Source: Verrucomicrobiota bacterium (lineage in GTDB: Bacteria > Verrucomicrobiota > Verrucomicrobiia > Limisphaerales > Palsa-1400). Taken from it: a stretch of 64,000 nucleotides of DNA. Under the pieces are notes generated by a model. That model saw only the letters and a list, made by a program, of their open reading frames with translations, made no database searches and was not told where the DNA came from. The stretch lies in contig JBEKYR010000024.1 in the NCBI GenBank assembly GCA_049510745.1, positions 1-64,000 of the forward strand. The letters run 5' to 3'. Shown here piece by piece: positions 8,909 through 18,893 of this stretch (positions are counted from its first letter, which is position 1; every line of letters starts with the position of its first letter). Both the position numbers and the translations under genes were made by a program.

Positions 8909-10977
8909 GGTTCGAAGTCTCCGGGCTGGCCGGGCGCGGCGCGGAAGGGGACGCCGTCCTGGTATTGACGCAACTGCGCTTCCAAGTCGTCGGCCAGCGC
9001 GCGATTGGTCTGCGCCAGGGCCAATCCGCGGGCTTGCTGGGCGGCCGCGATCGCTTCCGGGAATCTTCCCGCTTCCGCGCAGGCGGCGGCGAGGGCGCCC
9101 AGGATCAACGGGCTTTTGCCGTGCGTGTCCTCATTGGCTTCGCGCGCCAACTCGACCGCCTTCGGCCCGTCCCGGAGGGCAGGGTCGGGCGCGGTGGCCA
9201 GCAGCCAGGCCAGATGGCTGGCCGCCGGGGCGAAGACGGGGCGCAATCTCAGCGCCCGCCAGTAATGCGCGACCGCCTCGGCGGGGCGGCCCAGTTGCAC
9301 CAGCGTGTTGGCCAGTTTGTACTGTGCCTCGGCGAAATCGGGCCGGGCCTCCAACGCTTTTTCGAAACAGCCTTGCGCCTCGCCCGCCTGCCCGCGATCC
9401 AGCAACGCTTCGCCAAGAGAAAAGCCAAAGTCCGCCTCCTTCGGGTCCAGCGCGACGGCTCTCCTCAAGCAACGCAAAGCGTCGTCCGGCTGCTGATTTG
9501 TCAGGAACGCGCGTCCGAGATTGAAGTGGGCCTTGGCGAAGAGAGGCTGGCTGGCAATCACCTGCTGGAAATGCCCGATGGCTTCCGCCGTCCGGCCTTG
9601 CTGCAAGAGGAGGAAGCCGAGGTCATTTTCAGCCAGCCAATAGCGCGGATTTTCCCGCACCGCCTCTTCAAAGCATTGGAGGGCGGCGGGAAGGTTCCCC
9701 TCGTACGTCAAGGCGCAGCCAAGGTTGTAGTGGGCAAGGTAATTATTCGACGTGACCGCCAGCGCGTGAGAGAAAAGCGTCTCGGTCGTTTTCCAATAGC
9801 GCACTTGCCGCGGCGTCAGCGCGGCGCACGCCATCACGGCCAATCCGCCGGCGCACACGGCCGCGACGCGCTGGCCGGGGCGGCGGGCCAGATCGCCCAT
9901 GCCCCAACTGACCATGATCAAGACTCCGATGAGGGCAAGGTAGGTGTTCCGGTCCGCGCACGATTGTTCCCCGACCTGCACCAGCCCGATGACCGGGACG
10001 AGCATCCCCAGGAACCAGAACCAACCCACCGGCAGGAAAGGGCGATGCCGCCCCTGCCAAACAACGCCAGCGGTGACCAGCAGGAGCAAGACGGTGGCGC
10101 CCGCCACTTCCAGGACAGGCCAATGTTGCGGAAAGGGATAGAACACCGCCAGGCCGCCGGGCCAAAAAGTCTTTCCCAGGTAGCGCGCATAGGCGACGGG
10201 CATATTCTCCAGGCGGGCGGCCAGCGGGAGTTTGGCCAGGGACAACACCGCGCCGCCGCGCTGCTGGACAAGATACGTGACGACGCAGGAGCCGATAGTC
10301 AATACCATGAATGGAACCTTCTCCAAAATCAGCCGCCGGCCCAGGGGGAAACGCCCCAGCGGCCAGTAATCGAGCAACAAGAGCACAAACGGCAGCGTCA
10401 CCAAGATCGGCTTGGCCATCAGCCCCAGCGCGAACAGAACCAGCGCCGCCGCATAGAACAGTTTGAACTTTGAAGTCTGTGCTTTGAACTCCTCCACATA
10501 ACGGACATACGCCCACACCGCCAGCAAACCGAAGAACGCGCTCAACACATCCTTGCGCTCCGACACCCACGCCACCGACTCGACGCGCAGCGGATGCAGG
10601 GCAAAGAGCGCGGCCACAAACGCGCTGCGCCAGGGCGCGCCCGTCAGGCGGCGCAAGAGAAGGAACAGCAACACCGAGTTGGCCGCGTGCAGCAGCACGC
10701 TGGTCAAGTGATGTCCAGCCGGGTGGGAGCCATAAAGCTGAAAATCCAGGATATGCGACAGCCAGGTGACCGGATGCCAGTTGCTGGCGTAGCCGGTCGT
10801 GAAAGCCCACCGGATGCCCGGCCAATCGAATCCCTGCTGGACGTGGGTGTTCAAGGCCACGTAGTCCGGATCGTCGTAATAAAGAAAGCCGCAACCCAGC
10901 GCCGGCCAATACACGGCCAGCACCGCGAGGCCGAGCAAGCATGAAATGACCCAAGCCTGGCGGGAGGAAGAGTTCAA
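8905..10977 (-). CDS. TMTC-like GT-C membrane protein with TPR repeats
   Basis: FLYYDD, HPLRVESVAWVSERKD, ADRNTY, TPRs; 4-bp overlaps with both neighbours. Confidence 0.9.
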   Translation of the reverse strand: MNSSSRQAWVISCLLGLAVLAVYWPALGCGFLYYDDPDYVALNTHVQQGFDWPGIRWAFTTGYASNWHPVTWLSHILDFQLYGSHPAGHHLTSVLLHAANSVLLFLLLRRLTGAPWRSAFVAALFALHPLRVESVAWVSERKDVLSAFFGLLAVWAYVRYVEEFKAQTSKFKLFYAAALVLFALGLMAKPILVTLPFVLLLLDYWPLGRFPLGRRLILEKVPFMVLTIGSCVVTYLVQQRGGAVLSLAKLPLAARLENMPVAYARYLGKTFWPGGLAVFYPFPQHWPVLEVAGATVLLLLVTAGVVWQGRHRPFLPVGWFWFLGMLVPVIGLVQVGEQSCADRNTYLALIGVLIMVSWGMGDLARRPGQRVAAVCAGGLAVMACAALTPRQVRYWKTTETLFSHALAVTSNNYLAHYNLGCALTYEGNLPAALQCFEEAVRENPRYWLAENDLGFLLLQQGRTAEAIGHFQQVIASQPLFAKAHFNLGRAFLTNQQPDDALRCLRRAVALDPKEADFGFSLGEALLDRGQAGEAQGCFEKALEARPDFAEAQYKLANTLVQLGRPAEAVAHYWRALRLRPVFAPAASHLAWLLATAPDPALRDGPKAVELAREANEDTHGKSPLILGALAAACAEAGRFPEAIAAAQQARGLALAQTNRALADDLEAQLRQYQDGVPFRAAPGQPGDFEP

Positions 10978-12719
10978 GGTTTGCCCCCTTCCAAGGCGGC
11001 GAGCTGGCTGGCCGCGTCACTCCAGCCGGGGCGCAACTCCAGCGCGCGCCGATACTGCTCGATGGCTTCCGCGCGCCGGCCGAGTTGGCGGAACGTTTCG
11101 GCCAGGGTGTAGTGGATTTCCGGCACATTGGGGTTGAGGGCCATGGCCCGCTGGAAACAATCCAGCGCCACCTCCGGTTGGTGATTGGCCACGAAAGCGC
11201 GGCCCAGGTTGTAATACGCCTCCGGAAAAGCGGGTTTGGTCACAAGGGCTTTTTCAAAATGCGCCACCGCCTGCGCGATACGGCCCTCGTGCAAGAGGGC
11301 GTAACCGAGATTGTTGTGGGCCTGTGCCGGGTCCATCCAGAAAGCGCCCGCATTCTCGGCGGACAACGCTCCCTCAAAACACTCGATGGCCTTGGGATAA
11401 TCGCCGCTCTCCATCACCGCGCAACCCATGTTGTAATACGCAATGTAGTTCTCGCCCGTCACCTCAAGCACGTGGGAGAAGATCGCGGCGGTGTCGTGCC
11501 AGTAGCGGATTTGCGCCGAGGCCGACGCCGCCAAAGCCAGCAGAGCCAGTCCGCCCGCCCCCGCCGCGCCCCGCCGAAGAATCCGGTTCGAGCCGGCCCA
11601 CTCATTGAGGCCCCATGCCACCATGATCCAGAGGCCCACGCTCGGCAGATAGCTGTATCGGTCGGCCATGGAAATCTCGCCGACCTGCACCAGGCCGATG
11701 GTGGGAAACAACATGCCCAAAAACCAAAACCATCCCACCGCCAGATACGGTTGCGCCCGCCGCCGCCACACCACCCAGCCGGTGATCGCTCCCAGCAGGC
11801 CCACCGCGCCGGCCACTTCCAATGCCCCCCAACGCTCATGCGGATAGAACAGCGCCAGGTTCGACGGCCATGCGTTTTTGAACAAATAGCGCACATAAGC
11901 CACCGGGACATTGGCCAGGCGCGTGCCCACAGAGAACCGGGCCAGCGTGGCCATAGCGCCCTCGTGGTGTTGCACCAGGAACGTCACCACGCTCGAGCCG
12001 AGCGCCAAAAGAAAGAATGGAACCTTCTCCAGGACCAGCCGCCAGCCCAGCCGGAAACGGTCCAGCGGCCAGTAATCGAGCAACAAAAGCACAAACGGCA
12101 GCGTCACCAGCATCGGCTTGGCCATCAGTCCGAGCGCGAACAGAACCAGCGCCGCCGCATAGAACAGTTTGAATTTTGAACCCTTGTCCTCCGTAGCCTT
12201 GGCGAAGGAGGATCGAACTTTAAACTCCTCCACATAGCGGACATAGGCCCACACCGCCAGGAAGCCGAAAAAAGTGCTCAACACGTCCTTGCGCTCCGAA
12301 ACCCACACCACCGATTCCAGCCGCAACGGATGCAGCGCAAACACGCCGGCCACAAACGCGCTGCGCCACACCGCGCCCGTCAGGCGGCGCAAGAGCAGGA
12401 AAAGGAGGAGCGAGTTGGCCAGATGAAAGAGCACGCTGGTCGCATGGTGCCCCGCCGGGTTCAAGCCGTAGAGCTGGAAGTCAACCAAGTGCGACAGCCA
12501 GGTCAAGGGATGCCAATTGGCGCAATGGTCCGTGGTGAACGCCCACTGGATGGCGGCCCAATTCAACCCGTGCTGGATGTGCCCGTTGTGCGTGACATAG
12601 TCGGTATCGTCGAATTCAATAAAGCCGCAGTGCAACGCCGGCCCGTACACCGCCAGCACCGCCGCGGTCAACAACAGACACACGGCCCATGTCTGGCGCC
12701 GGCTTCCTCGTTCTGTCAT
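10974..12719 (-). CDS. TMTC-like GT-C membrane protein with TPR repeats
   Basis: FIEFDD, HPLRLESVVWVSERKD, ADRYSY, TPRs. Confidence 0.9.
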   Translation of the reverse strand: MTERGSRRQTWAVCLLLTAAVLAVYGPALHCGFIEFDDTDYVTHNGHIQHGLNWAAIQWAFTTDHCANWHPLTWLSHLVDFQLYGLNPAGHHATSVLFHLANSLLLFLLLRRLTGAVWRSAFVAGVFALHPLRLESVVWVSERKDVLSTFFGFLAVWAYVRYVEEFKVRSSFAKATEDKGSKFKLFYAAALVLFALGLMAKPMLVTLPFVLLLLDYWPLDRFRLGWRLVLEKVPFFLLALGSSVVTFLVQHHEGAMATLARFSVGTRLANVPVAYVRYLFKNAWPSNLALFYPHERWGALEVAGAVGLLGAITGWVVWRRRAQPYLAVGWFWFLGMLFPTIGLVQVGEISMADRYSYLPSVGLWIMVAWGLNEWAGSNRILRRGAAGAGGLALLALAASASAQIRYWHDTAAIFSHVLEVTGENYIAYYNMGCAVMESGDYPKAIECFEGALSAENAGAFWMDPAQAHNNLGYALLHEGRIAQAVAHFEKALVTKPAFPEAYYNLGRAFVANHQPEVALDCFQRAMALNPNVPEIHYTLAETFRQLGRRAEAIEQYRRALELRPGWSDAASQLAALEGGKP

Positions 12720-12796
12720 GGCCGTCCATCCTAACGTCCCCGCCCCAAAAACAGAAGGCCATTTGACGGGCGCGGCCGGCGGGGGGCGTCTTTCGC

Positions 12797-14674
12797 TTAT
12801 TTGCCCCGAGCGCCATCAGGGGGGCGCGGGTGGGCGTCGCTTTGGTATTGACGCAGCGGCCCTTCCGCGGCGGCCGCCAGAACGCGGTCGCCCCGCGCCA
12901 GCGCCAGTTCGCGGGCGCGGCGATAATGCGCCATCGCTTCCGTCAGACGGGCCTGTCGAACAAGGGCATTGGCCAACTGATAATGGGCGCGGGCGAAGGC
13001 GGGCCGGATTTGCAGCGCCTTTTCCAAATAAGGCGTCGCCTCGGACGGCCGGCCCTGCTCAAGCAGGGTTTCGCCGAGGCTGTAGTTGATGTCCGCCACA
13101 TTGGGGTCGATGGCCAGACCGTGTTGGAAGGCATCGATCGCGACGTCGGGCTGGCGATTGGTGAGAAAGGCGCAGCCCAGGTTGTAGTAGGCCTCCGGGT
13201 AGGCGGGTTTGCTGACGAGGGCCTTTTCAAAATGCTCCACCGCCTGGGCAACGTGGCCTTCGCGCAGCAGGGCGTAGCCAAGATTGTTGTGGGCCGGCGC
13301 GGGATTGGCCCAGGTAACGTCACCGCTTTCGGCATACAACGAATCTTCAAAGTATTCGACCGCCTTCGGGTAATTGCCCTCCGCGAGCGCGATGCAGCCC
13401 AGGCTGTAACTGGCAAGATAGTTGCGGCCCGTCGCATCGACCGCGCGCGAGAACAGGACGGTGCTGTCTTTCCAGTAGCGGATTTGCCGCGAGGTCAACA
13501 CGGCGCAGGCCATCACCGCCAGCCCGCTTCCCAAGATCAGGCCGTTCAAGAAAAACGGACGCCGCGCGGCCAGCTCGTGCATCCCCCAGACCACCATGAT
13601 CAACAGCCCCACGCACGGAAAGTAGCTGAAGCGGTCGGCCATCGCCTGATCCCCGGATTGCACCACGCCAATGGTGGGAACCATCGTGCCCAAAAACCAG
13701 AACCAGCCCACGGCCAGGTACGGCCGCCTGCGCCACTGCCAGAGCGCCCATCCGCTGGCCAACGCCAGCAGGCCCGTCGTGGCGGCGACTTCCCACCAGT
13801 GCCAGCGCTGCTGCGGATAGAAAGCGACGAGGTTTTCCGGCCAAAAAATCTTGCCCAGGTAGCGCACGTAGGAAACAGGCACATTGGCCAGGCGCTGGCC
13901 CAGCGAGTACCGGGAGAGCGATTTGACCGCGCCCGAGCTGTTCTGCGCCAGGAACGTGATGACGCTGAAGCCGAATGCCAAAACCAGGAACGGAATTTTT
14001 TCGCGCAGCAGCCGCCAGGAAAAGGGCGCGTCAAATTGGAACCGGCGCAGCGGCCAATAATCGAGCAGCAACAAAACAAACGGCAGCGTCACCAGCATCG
14101 GCTTGGCCATCAGCCCGAGCGCGAACAGAACCAGCGCCGCCGCATAGAACACTTTGAACTTTGAACCCTCCGCTTTGAACTCCTCCGCATAGCGGGCGTA
14201 GCACCAAATCGTCAGCAAACCGAAGAACATGCTCAACACGTCCTTGCGCTCCGAAACCCACGCCACCGACTCGACGCGCAGAGGATGGAGGGAAAACAAC
14301 GCGGCGACCAACGCGCTGCGCCAGAAAGCGCCTGTCAAGCGTTTCAGGACAAGGAAGAGCAGGACGGAGTTGGCCGCATGCCACAGCAGGCTGGTCAGAT
14401 GATGCCCCGCCGGCTGCAACCCATAGCACTGGTAATCCGCCATGTGCGACAGCCAGGTCAGCGGCAGCCAATAGCCGGCGTGGGTCGCCGTGAAGGCCCA
14501 TTGAACGCTGGGCCAGGTCAATCCGTGCTGGATGTCCGGGTTTTCCGTGACATAGACGCCGTCATCGAAATCGACGAAGCCGCAGCGCAACGCCGGCCAG
14601 AACGCGGCCAGCGCCGCCGCGGCCAACAACAGACACACGGCCCAAGTTTGGCGTCGGCTTGCTGGTTCTGTCAT
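12797..14674 (-). CDS. TMTC-like GT-C membrane protein with TPR repeats
   Basis: FVDFDD, HPLRVESVAWVSERKD, ADRFSY, TPRs; start set at MTEPASRRQTW by homology to the next paralogue. Confidence 0.9.
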   Translation of the reverse strand: MTEPASRRQTWAVCLLLAAAALAAFWPALRCGFVDFDDGVYVTENPDIQHGLTWPSVQWAFTATHAGYWLPLTWLSHMADYQCYGLQPAGHHLTSLLWHAANSVLLFLVLKRLTGAFWRSALVAALFSLHPLRVESVAWVSERKDVLSMFFGLLTIWCYARYAEEFKAEGSKFKVFYAAALVLFALGLMAKPMLVTLPFVLLLLDYWPLRRFQFDAPFSWRLLREKIPFLVLAFGFSVITFLAQNSSGAVKSLSRYSLGQRLANVPVSYVRYLGKIFWPENLVAFYPQQRWHWWEVAATTGLLALASGWALWQWRRRPYLAVGWFWFLGTMVPTIGVVQSGDQAMADRFSYFPCVGLLIMVVWGMHELAARRPFFLNGLILGSGLAVMACAVLTSRQIRYWKDSTVLFSRAVDATGRNYLASYSLGCIALAEGNYPKAVEYFEDSLYAESGDVTWANPAPAHNNLGYALLREGHVAQAVEHFEKALVSKPAYPEAYYNLGCAFLTNRQPDVAIDAFQHGLAIDPNVADINYSLGETLLEQGRPSEATPYLEKALQIRPAFARAHYQLANALVRQARLTEAMAHYRRARELALARGDRVLAAAAEGPLRQYQSDAHPRPPDGARGK

Positions 14675-14892
14675 GGCCATCCATTTTAACGTCCGCGCCG
14701 CGAAAAAAGAAGGGTATTTGCGGCGCAAATGGAGCGAGCCGCGTCAATGGTCAAAGAAGATCGGATTTCGATGGGAGAAACTCAGGACCGCAGCAGCCCT
14801 GGAGAATTATTGATGTCATCAATAAGCCCGGATGCAGGTGTGTTGACAACCGGCGGCGGGCGGGTGATGTTTGACAGGGGTGGTTCCTGAAA

Positions 14893-15738
14893 ATGAATCG
14901 AAGCCGTCAGTGGAGAGCGTTTACGCTCATTGAGTTGCTGGTGGTCATTGCGATCATCGCGATTCTGGCGGCTCTGTTGCTGCCGGCACTGTCCACCGCC
15001 AAACATCACGCGCACGATGTTAATTGCGTGAGCAATCTCAAACAAATCACCGCTAGTGGGCTGATGTACATGAACGAGACGGGGCAAACTATTGTTGAAG
15101 TCGAGACGAATGATTTGGATTCCTGGGTTCAAAGCTTAAGCCCTTACGGATTAGCAGGTAATATTCTCCTTTGTCCGGCGACTCATATTGCGACCCAGGA
15201 GAATCCAGACGCGGATATAATTGGCAGCGCCAGCCTTGCATGGTGCAATTGGCCGACGGGCACAGTTGCACCGGTCAATGGCAGCTATAGCATGAATGGT
15301 TGGCTTTTCTCTTGGGACCCGAATATTACCAGTTTTTCCACATGGGTGCCCTCACCCCCCACGGTTGTCGTTAACAATCCCCAATTCGTTTTTAATAAGC
15401 CAACGTCAGTTCAAAGACCGGCACAGACGCCATTCTTTAACGACGCGGTGGTTTGGAACGAGTGGCCGCTGGAGGGCGACGCTCCCGCGTCCGATCTTTC
15501 AAAAGGAGCAGCCCAGAATATACTGGGAATGCCGCGCTGCACGATTTGGCGGCATGGGGGGAAAACGGCGAGTTCTTTCGTTCGAGGCTCGCCTCTCCCG
15601 TTTCCTTCTCTGCTGCCAAACTCAGCAGCAATCAACGTCGGTTTTGACGATGGCCATGCCCAAATGGTGAAGTTGAACTCCCTTTGGAGTCTCTACTGGC
15701 ATAACAAGTGGAGGCCATCGGCAACGCCGCCGCCGTAA
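14893..15738 (+). CDS. Prepilin-type N-terminal cleavage/methylation protein with C-terminal H-X9-DG-type motif
   Basis: [26 protein letters not shown]-terminus; RHGG...[10 protein letters not shown] near the C-terminus. Confidence 0.9.
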   Translation: MNRSRQWRAFTLIELLVVIAIIAILAALLLPALSTAKHHAHDVNCVSNLKQITASGLMYMNETGQTIVEVETNDLDSWVQSLSPYGLAGNILLCPATHIATQENPDADIIGSASLAWCNWPTGTVAPVNGSYSMNGWLFSWDPNITSFSTWVPSPPTVVVNNPQFVFNKPTSVQRPAQTPFFNDAVVWNEWPLEGDAPASDLSKGAAQNILGMPRCTIWRHGGKTASSFVRGSPLPFPSLLPNSAAINVGFDDGHAQMVKLNSLWSLYWHNKWRPSATPPP

Positions 15739-15906
15739 AACCCAAACAAAAGACCAGCGTTTACACGCGGCCCGACCCCTGGCAGCAAAGCTGTCCAGGC
15801 CGAGCAAGCTTGAAACGACCCAAGTCTGGCGGGTAGAAGAATTCGAGGTTCGAAGTCTCCGGGCTTCAGGCCGGCGTCGTTGGTCCGGAGTCTCCGGGCT
15901 TTTGCA

Positions 15907-16254
15907 GGTTCCTCGACGTTTTCAGTGGAATGGAAATGGTGCGTCCATCCAATCGCAGCCAATAACCGTTCTACAATCCCGAAGGGATTCAATCACTCAG
16001 CCCAGGGTTGGCCGATTCCGAGAGGCCTACCCTGGGTAGTTGCATGCGAGTGACACAACCCTGAAAGGGTTGAATATCAAAGGCTTAGGAAACAGAGTCA
16101 ACCCCTTGCAGGGTTGTGATTCTTCTCTGATCTTACCCAGGGTAGCTCGTGCCTCGCAACCCTGGGCTGAAAGATTCAATCCCGTTGGGATTGGCAAAAC
16201 CAATCACGACCCTCCAAACGTTGCTGTTCATTCCACTGGAATCGTCGAGGAACC
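15907..16254. mobile_element. MITE (348 bp) with 26-bp terminal inverted repeats, 8-bp target duplication and internal REP-like hairpins
   Basis: TIRs GGTTCCTCGACGTTTTCAGTGGAATG / GGTTCCTCGACGATTCCAGTGGAATG (24/26); CTTTTGCA at 15899-15906 and 16255-16262. Confidence 0.88.
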
Positions 16255-17619
16255 CTTTTGCAGGGCATCGACTTTTGGCAGCGAACAGATGACGGTGACG
16301 CCGCCCTCCTTCGGCGCCCGGATAGTGAGCGTCGCCCCAATCATCCGGCACCGATGACGCATGACGCGCAATCCCATCCCCTTGCCTTTCGGCCCCGTGG
16401 ACCGAAAGCCGGCGCCGTCGTCCTTGATCTTCAAAATCAGGCGCGATTTTTTCACCGTCAGGCTCAGGAAAACGGTCTTGGCCGCGCCGTGCTTGATGGC
16501 GTTGGTCGCGGCTTCCTGGGCGATGCGGTAAAGATGCACGGCCACGGCGTTGTCGGCAATTTTGATCTCCGGATCGCATTCCAGCTCGCACGCCACGGCG
16601 AACAAGGTGCGAAGATTCTCCGCCAATTGCTCCAGCGCCGCCTCGATGTCATTGGCGTCGAGGACGACGGGGCAGAGGCCGCGCGAAAGGCGGCGGGTCT
16701 GGGCCAGGGCCTGGTCGATGAGCGCAGCAATACTGCCGGCGGACCGGGCTTCCTCCAAGCCCCTGGCCTCAAGTTTGTGCTGCAAGACTTTGGCCAAAAA
16801 GGCGATGCCGGTCATGGATTGGCCCAAGCCATCGTGCAAATCCTGCCCCAGCCGCCGCTGTTCGCGTTCGCTGATTTCCTGGATTTCCCGCTCCAGATTG
16901 CGCCGCTCCGTCACATCGCGCAGGATGCTCAAATTCAGGTCCGGCGCCAGTCGGGTGGAGGCGAATTCGATGAAGCAGCTTTCGCCGTTGGGCTTGTTGA
17001 AGGCCATTTCGCCCAGCCGTTCGGGCCGCCGGGGAGTGTCCGGATGCAGCGTTTTGGCCAGGACGCTGCTCCCCTTCCATTCCAACAACTCTTCCCGGCT
17101 CAATCCCAGCAGCCGGCAGGCGGCGCCGTTGACTTCGACGAAATGGCCCCGGTTATCGGAGATGAGGATGGCGTCCATGCTGCGCTCGAAGAGCAGGCGA
17201 AAGCGTTCGTGGCTTTTTTGCAGCGCGGCGAGCGTGGCGGCCTGTTGCATCGAATAACGGATCACCCGCTCCAGCATGACCGGCTCCAATTGGTCCTTGA
17301 GCAGGAAGTCCGCCGCACCCAACTGCGCCGCCTCCAGGTCCACGTGCGGAGCGTCGTGCCTCGTCAGAATCAAGATCGGCGTCCGGACGCCGTGGGCGAT
17401 GGCTTCGCGCAGCAATTCCAGTCCCGTGCGGGCGCCCAGGCGAAAGTCGAGCAAACAGACATCGTGCCGGTTTTCCTTCAACGCCGACAGGCCGGCCTCG
17501 TAGCTGGGCGCCCATTCGGTGGCAAATGTCTTGCCCGGCACCTTGTCCAGCAAGCGGCGCAGGAGCAAAAACGAGCTTTCCTCGTCATCCACCAACAGAA
17601 CACGAACCGTGGTTTGCAT
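16228..17619 (-). CDS. Hybrid sensor: receiver + PAS + HisKA_3-type histidine kinase
   Basis: VLLVDD...LLD receiver, PAS, ERE..RLGQDLHDGLGQ H-box, EAATNAIKH, DDGAGF, GMGL; TTG 17649 is an alternative start. Confidence 0.92.
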   Translation of the reverse strand: MQTTVRVLLVDDEESSFLLLRRLLDKVPGKTFATEWAPSYEAGLSALKENRHDVCLLDFRLGARTGLELLREAIAHGVRTPILILTRHDAPHVDLEAAQLGAADFLLKDQLEPVMLERVIRYSMQQAATLAALQKSHERFRLLFERSMDAILISDNRGHFVEVNGAACRLLGLSREELLEWKGSSVLAKTLHPDTPRRPERLGEMAFNKPNGESCFIEFASTRLAPDLNLSILRDVTERRNLEREIQEISEREQRRLGQDLHDGLGQSMTGIAFLAKVLQHKLEARGLEEARSAGSIAALIDQALAQTRRLSRGLCPVVLDANDIEAALEQLAENLRTLFAVACELECDPEIKIADNAVAVHLYRIAQEAATNAIKHGAAKTVFLSLTVKKSRLILKIKDDGAGFRSTGPKGKGMGLRVMRHRCRMIGATLTIRAPKEGGVTVICSLPKVDALQKGSSTIPVE

Positions 17620-17722
17620 GTCGTTGACGGGAACAATGTATTCTGGCAAGCCCCTCCGGTCAAAGCGGCCCTGCCCAGCCGTGGGCGCGCCGGCGTTGAA
17701 GGAACCGGTCGCCGGCTCTCCG

Positions 17723-18643
17723 CTATTTTGGCGGGAGAACGTTGGCCTCGGGGGTGACTTTGTCGATGTTGGGAGTGACGTCGGCCTGCACGTTGCCCAC
17801 CGCCCAATTGATGCCGCCGATCAAAACCTTTTGGAAGACGGGGTTGGCCCAGATATCGGCCCGGTGGCCCATGCTGGTGTAAAACACCCGTCCCTTGCCG
17901 TAAAGCTGCGCCCAGGTGGAGGGAAAATTGGGCCGGCTGTAAAAGGCCTTGTTGCCGCCGGAGGACTTGTCCATGGTCGAGGTGTCCTGCACCAGCAGCA
18001 CGTGGAGCGCGGGGGAAAAGTCCTTGAACGTGTACCATTCCTCCAGCGGCCCGAAATCCTCCGGAAAGCCGCTCAGGCCCGGAAAGTTCGTGTCCACGCA
18101 AATCTGGCGGGCGCGCTGTTGCGAGCCGTGCATGATGAATTCGGCGCCGATCATCTTTATGTAAGGATCCGCGTTTTCCCCGTCCTGCACCAGCCGGGCC
18201 GGTCCGAATTCCTTGTTGCCGGGCGAATGGAATGTGTCCGTCGCCGAGTGCGCGCCGATGAACCCCTTGCCGTTGCGGATCGCCTCCAGGAAGGCGGCTT
18301 TGCCCTCTTTGGACATGGGCGGAGAGTGGTCGGCGCCGGACTCGGTCAAGTCGCCTGTCGTATAGAAAAAGAAGGCGTCGTATTTCGCGATGTTTTCCGG
18401 CGTGAACACGGTGCCGTCTTTGGTGAAGGTGAAATCGAAGTGGTTCTCTTTCCCCAGGCGGGCCAGGATGACTTGCGCGGGGCTGGGCTGGCCCCCCTTC
18501 TCCGCAATCATGTCATGTTCAAAACCGGACGATTTGGAAAAGAAGAGGATCTTTTTGGGCGCCGCCTGCGCGCCCGCCGGCTGCGCAGCGAAAAACAGAG
18601 CGCTCATCAGCGCGAGAGTTGTGAGTGAAAAGAGAATCTTCAT
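17723..18643 (-). CDS. Secreted ThuA-like (class I glutamine amidotransferase-like) protein
   Basis: Signal peptide; SGFEH, GFIGAHSATD, EEWY, GKGRVFYTSMGH. Confidence 0.88.
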   Translation of the reverse strand: MKILFSLTTLALMSALFFAAQPAGAQAAPKKILFFSKSSGFEHDMIAEKGGQPSPAQVILARLGKENHFDFTFTKDGTVFTPENIAKYDAFFFYTTGDLTESGADHSPPMSKEGKAAFLEAIRNGKGFIGAHSATDTFHSPGNKEFGPARLVQDGENADPYIKMIGAEFIMHGSQQRARQICVDTNFPGLSGFPEDFGPLEEWYTFKDFSPALHVLLVQDTSTMDKSSGGNKAFYSRPNFPSTWAQLYGKGRVFYTSMGHRADIWANPVFQKVLIGGINWAVGNVQADVTPNIDKVTPEANVLPPK

Positions 18644-18893
18644 GCCGTAGCCTTTCTCAGCGCACTTTACGGAGAACGCCCCTCGATGCCAAGCAAAAAC
18701 CAACGCGCCCGGCCAAACGGCCAAACCGGCCGGCGCTATTTCCGGCGGCGCGCCAGGAAAGCCGCCGCTCCCGTCAATCCCAATATCATCGTCGTCGGCT
18801 CCGGCACAGGTGTTGTCAGGCTGAACGTCGAAGCCCCTGGTGTATTTTGTTTTTTATTTCGTCTTCCGCCTGACGCCGGCTACTTTAAACCCC

